From the NCBI GenBank assembly GCA_002269645.1, contig NIVC01000879.1, positions 1 through 64,000 of the forward strand: DNA of 64,000 nucleotides. Direction: 5' to 3'. The notes under the pieces were generated by a model. That model saw only the letters and a program-made list of their open reading frames with translations, was not told where the DNA came from and did not search any database. The position numbers and the translations under genes were made by a program. Below, piece after piece: positions 60,001 through 64,000 of this stretch; position 1 is the stretch's first letter, and the number at the start of each line of letters is the position of its first letter. The DNA comes from Macrostomum lignano (taxonomy: Eukaryota).

Positions 60001-63000
60001 AGAGTAGCCGAGTAGCTAAAGTAACTAAAGTATGAAAATCCAGGGATTACGTGTAATAAAAACTGCTTGTTTCCCCAACTGCTTGCAGCCATCAAGAACA
60101 ACCCGAACGAGCAGTATTGCTACTCAGACGACGCCTGTCTGACCAAGAAGACCGGCTTCGGCTCGAGTCGGGTTGCGTTCGGGCGCTGCTGCTCCGACGG
60201 CACCGGCAGCTTTGGCTACCAGAAGGGCTGCATGAGCTGCAAGACCAGCACTGTTGGTAAGATGTCTCATCGACTCTGTCCGACGACTCTGTCCCATCCG
60301 ACTCAGTCTCACCTGTTGACGACTCTGTCTCACCAGTTAATGACTCTGTCTCACCTGTTGACGACTCTGTCTCACCTGTTGATGACTCTGTCTCACCTGT
60401 TGATGACTCTGTCTCACCTGTTGATGACTCTGTCTCACCTGTTGACGACTCTGTCTCACCTGTTGATGACTCTGTCTCACCTGTTGATGACTCTGTCTCA
60501 CCTGTTGATGACTCTGTCTCACCTGTTGATGACTCTGACTCACATGTTGATGACTCTGACTCACATGTTGATGACTCTGTCTCACATGTTGATGACTCTG
60601 ACTCACATGTTGATGACTCTGACTCACATGTTGATGACTCTGTCTCACATGTTGATGACTCTGACTCACATGTTGACGACTCTGTCTCACCTGTTGATGA
60701 CTCTGTCTCACCTGTTGATGACTCTGTCTCACCTGTTGACGGGGCTCTTACTTTCTGGCTTTCAGCTCTTTGAACACAGCAGTCGTTACCCCTATCTAAC
60801 CAAGAATGTGTGCATTCAATCCACTTAGCAAGTTCTTCTTTTTAAATAATATGACCATAAATTCATCACCGCTCGACAGCCAAGAACAATACGGGAGTCG
60901 AGGTCGTGCCATTCGACACCTGCGTGAGCTACGGCCCGAACTCCTATCGAACGTTCGACGGTCTCACCTTCGAGTATCAGGGCCGGTGCACCTACCTGCT
61001 GGCTGGCAGTACGAACCCAACTATGAAGTGGTGGTGCACCATCACACTGCTTAACTGTGACAAGTTTGAGACCTGCAGGAAGGTAAAGCTTAGCTTGGAG
61101 ACGATTTTGTACATTTTGGGTCACACTGGAGATAGACTGTGGGTCACTCAAATAAGATAAGGGAAATTGATCAGATTCATAACTGCAAAATTGAATAACA
61201 CAAGGCTATTAAACTCAAATCTCAATTGCAACACAATTTCAGCAAATAACGATGCGTTTCGACGACATCAACCAGTACGTGGCTCTAGGCTACAATGTCC
61301 AGGTCTTCAAGCTGTCCGGCACCACAGGAGCCACCACTCTCACTGCCAACGTCACCCTGGAGGAGAATTCGGAGCCGAACGAGTGGAACGGAGTGAAAGT
61401 CGAACGCAAAGGTGTCAATGTTTACCTGACCGTTCGCAGCATCGGCGTCAAGCTTAAGTGGGACAACGAGAACTCCGTCTTCGTCACGGTGGACCGCTCG
61501 CTTCACAAGAACCGAGGCCTGAAGGGCCTCTGCGGCGACTACGATGGCGACGCGACTAACGACTTTGGCAGCGCGCCAAATCCTGCGGCATTCGGCAACC
61601 AGTGGAAATCGGAGTCGGTGAGTGACGAGCTCGGATGGATCTTGTGTGGTGACTGAGTCTGTGTACCTGCGTCCGTTTTCCGGTACACCCTGTGTGAATT
61701 GGCATGACTTGCTCGGTTCCGCAATCGCTAGAAATCAGCATGGCTCACCGGTCCTTTCCCATCTTGCGCAGTGCCAAGACATCGCCAATGTGCCAATCCA
61801 CTGCGAGAGCCCCGAGGACCAGGCGGCCGCGGAGGGCGACTGCCGGCCAATCAACAACGTGTTCTTCCAGTGCCATAGCAAGATCAGCCCCACCCAGGTG
61901 GTCAAGAGGTGCGTGCAGGACATGTGCATCCTGAAGAAGAAAGGCGAGACCAGCGACTCAGCCAAGTCATCGGTGCTGTGCTCCCACCTGAGCGCCTACT
62001 CGTACCAGTGCTCGCTGGAGGGTATCTGCATCGACTGGCGCGGCAGCACCATGTGCCGTGAGTAGAACTGACAACTCACCTGGCAACGACTGACCCGTCG
62101 CAGCCAATAGGCCATTAGAGGCACTCGCGTGCTTGTAGATTTTATAATTCAAAACGGACCAGAGGGTTTTAGTATTTGAAAATTCGTTTTTTTCTAAAAA
62201 ATTAAAATCCAATTCAAAACGGCGCCAAAATATGTGTTTTGAAGCAATTATTAAATTAATTAAAATAGCTATGGCAAGTGCTCATGAAACATCTTTTAAA
62301 ACCCAGATATTTAAAATGTTAATACTTTTGAAGGTGAATTTTAGTTAGACAATTCTTCAACTAAATTTGATTGGCGCCAAATAGAATTTGATTTCAGTTA
62401 ATGAAGAAAAACAAGGGAAGCCCAAAGTTCAACTCAATTTTTCGAACAAATCCAGAAGTACAGCAATTATCTCTACTGCTTTATTTACACAGAACCTCAT
62501 TCTAAGTTCTTAGGAACTACTTCTGAGACGACTTCTTTAATTTACGCATCAAACCCGGAAAAATCCGTTTTGCAGCTCAGAGCTGCCCGGCCCTGATGAC
62601 CTGGAGCGAGTGCGCCAGCGCCTGCCCGACCACCTGCGCCAATTACGATCAGCTGAAATCTGCCACCTGCGAGAGCAGCATGGTGCCCAGGTGCAAATGC
62701 GGCTCCGGCTACGTCCATTACAAAAGTACATGCATCCGGCCGAACGAGTGCCCGTGCACTTATAACTCGGTAGAGTACATGCCAGGCAGCAACCTGGTGG
62801 TTGACTGCAGCACCTGGTAAGTGCGATGCTGCTTGCTCTCTGGCTCTAAGCTAGAACTTTTTATCTGTATTCTAGTAGGTGCTAGTCCCACCTTTAACAG
62901 GTATTAGCTCTAATCTAACCGGTATAAGCTCCAGTTTAAGCGGTATAAGCTCCAGTCTAAGCGGTATAAGCTCCAGTTTAAGTGGTATAAGCTCTAATCT

Positions 63001-63829
63001 AACCGGTATAAGCTCCAGTTTAAGCGGTATAAGCCCCAATCTAACCGGTATAAGCTCCAGTCTAACCGGTATAAGCCCCAATCTAACCGGTATAAGCTCC
63101 AGTCTAACTGGTATAAGCTCCAGTCTAAGTGGTATAAGCTCCTGTCTAACCGGTACAAGCCCCAATCTAACCGGTATAAGCTCCAGTCTAACCGGTATAA
63201 GCTCCAGTCTAAGTGGTATAAGCTCCAGTCTAACCGGTAAAAGCTCCTGTCTAACCGGTAAAAGCTCGCATTTACTCGCTATACAAGTTCAGCCCTGATC
63301 ACTCATCCTTTCCCCTTTCAGCAACTGCGCCAATGGACGCTGGCAGTGCACCTACAACCCGAACTGCCCGAAGATGTGCTCAATCACTGGCAGCCACATC
63401 GTCACCTTCGATGGCGCCAAGATGGACTTCAACCCGATGGGCTGCGCGTACACCCTGCTGGAGCCGGTGTCTGGCGCCAATGACTCGCGTCTGCAAGTCC
63501 AGGTAACCATGGAGCCGAGCCCGGAGTACCTGCTGGCAGTCACCGCCGACTCCCAGTTCGTCAATCTGCCCAAGATGATCACCGTCAAGTACCGCGGCGT
63601 CACCATCCAGCTGAAGTCGGTGACGCTGGCGGCCGGCACCCGACCATCCGTGATCATCGATGGAGTCGACTTCACGAATTCGCTGCCGTACGAGAATGTG
63701 CGCAGCCAGATCCTGGTGCGCCAGCTCACCTCCTTCTACGCCATGGTGAAGATCGGCAACCACCTCAGCGTGTACTTCGACGGCTACAGAACTGTCGAAC
63801 TAAAGGGCGCCAAATTGCTGAGTCAGAAG
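57090..63829 (+). CDS. 5' part (9 exons, 778 aa) of a large secreted VWD-C8-TIL protein (gel-forming mucin / SCO-spondin / otogelin / hemolectin superfamily); continues beyond the window
   Basis: Exons 57090-57226, 57835-58074, 58810-58985, 60089-60256, 60880-61082, 61243-61617, 61772-62057, 62576-62816, 63322-63829, phases consistent. Signal peptide; EMI-like CCVGYDGSNC; EGF CLNGGKCVKPNVCQC; Cys-rich module; VWD1 (YRTFDG...GLCGDYDG); C8; TIL (TWSECASACPTTC); VWD2 (HIVTFDG). Confidence 0.9.
57265..57725. repeat. 13-bp (with 16-bp variants) purine-rich minisatellite in VWD gene intron 1
   Basis: Unit GAAGATAGAAC(A/G)(T/C). Confidence 0.95.
58240..58740. repeat. ~20-bp degenerate minisatellite in VWD gene intron 2
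   Basis: Unit CACACCCCTGTCTAACAGTT. Confidence 0.93.
59047..59233. mobile_element. MITE / hairpin element, ~187 bp, ~42-bp imperfect TIRs
   Basis: CAGTATCTCAACTCTGGACTTCCGGATGGCAAATGAAGCAA versus TTGCTTCATTTGCAATTCGGAAGTCCAGAAGCTGAGATATTG. Confidence 0.7.
59300..59835 (-). mobile_element. Second, diverged copy of the Helitron/Helentron-like family seen at 7300-8262 (about two ~150-bp central units)
   Basis: GGCCGCGTCTTTCCGCACAAAATCTCTACCCC is duplicated 150 bp apart. The reverse complement shares GTAGCAAGGAAGA, CAG.CGTAAA.CAACT.GCTA..GGTGCAGC.GTAATGT..CATTAGCCAG, GCAATAAAAATTGGG and the CGCAAATGT...GCCCA.CTAC...CTAG|TT end with the first copy. Confidence 0.7.
60270..60740. repeat. 21-bp minisatellite in VWD gene intron 4
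   Basis: Unit GACTCTGTCTCACCTGTTGAT. Confidence 0.97.
62905..63265. repeat. 21-bp minisatellite in VWD gene intron 8
   Basis: Unit ACCGGTATAAGCTCCAGTCTA. Confidence 0.95.
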
Positions 63830-63894
63830 GTGCGTTTTGGTTGATGTTCGCCTATCCAAAACTATTCTAAAATGTGTGTTAATCCGCGTCTCAA

Positions 63895-64000
63895 ATGTGT
63901 GTGAATCCATTCTTGACATGTTTGTGAATCCATGTCTAACATGTGTGAATCCATGTCTAACATGTGTGTGAATCCATTCTTGACATGTTTGTGAATCCAT
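63895..64000. repeat. ~22-bp minisatellite starting in VWD gene intron 9
   Basis: Unit GTGAATCCATGTCTAACATGT(GT). Confidence 0.85.

Overview
Eukaryotic animal genomic DNA with spliceosomal GT-AG introns. GC-rich, polyQ/polyA-prone exons sit in introns that are mostly filled with minisatellites; this style and the two-domain small HSP suggest a free-living flatworm such as Macrostomum (inference only). Genes reconstructed by hand with consistent intron phases: (1) an intronless serine palmitoyltransferase small subunit; (2) a candidate orphan ORF with a 14-aa repeat; (3) a 5-exon Aster/GRAMD1-like VASt protein that appears to lack a GRAM domain; (4) a two-domain small HSP with one 1-nt frameshift; (5) the ParaHox gene Gsx; (6) a complete 10-exon Erg/KCNH2-type K+ channel; (7) a small protamine-like basic ORF; (8) a ZDHHC2/15/20-type palmitoyltransferase; (9) a CXorf65/C22orf15-like gene; (10) the 5' part of a VWD-C8-TIL mucin/SCO-spondin-like gene. 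Non-coding highlights: a 6.3-kb 30-bp satellite; about 30 distinct mini/microsatellites, most private to one intron; a Helitron/Helentron-like interspersed family with ~149-bp central tandem repeats (two copies); an internally deleted Tc1 IR/DR element inside a (CTA)n tract; a foldback element inside a minisatellite; several MITEs; and a Penelope-type minimal hammerhead ribozyme motif. No CRISPR, rRNA or tRNA was found. I cannot establish a new biological system from sequence alone; the best leads are the intron-minisatellite pattern, the Helitron-like family, the hammerhead motif and the protamine-like ORF.
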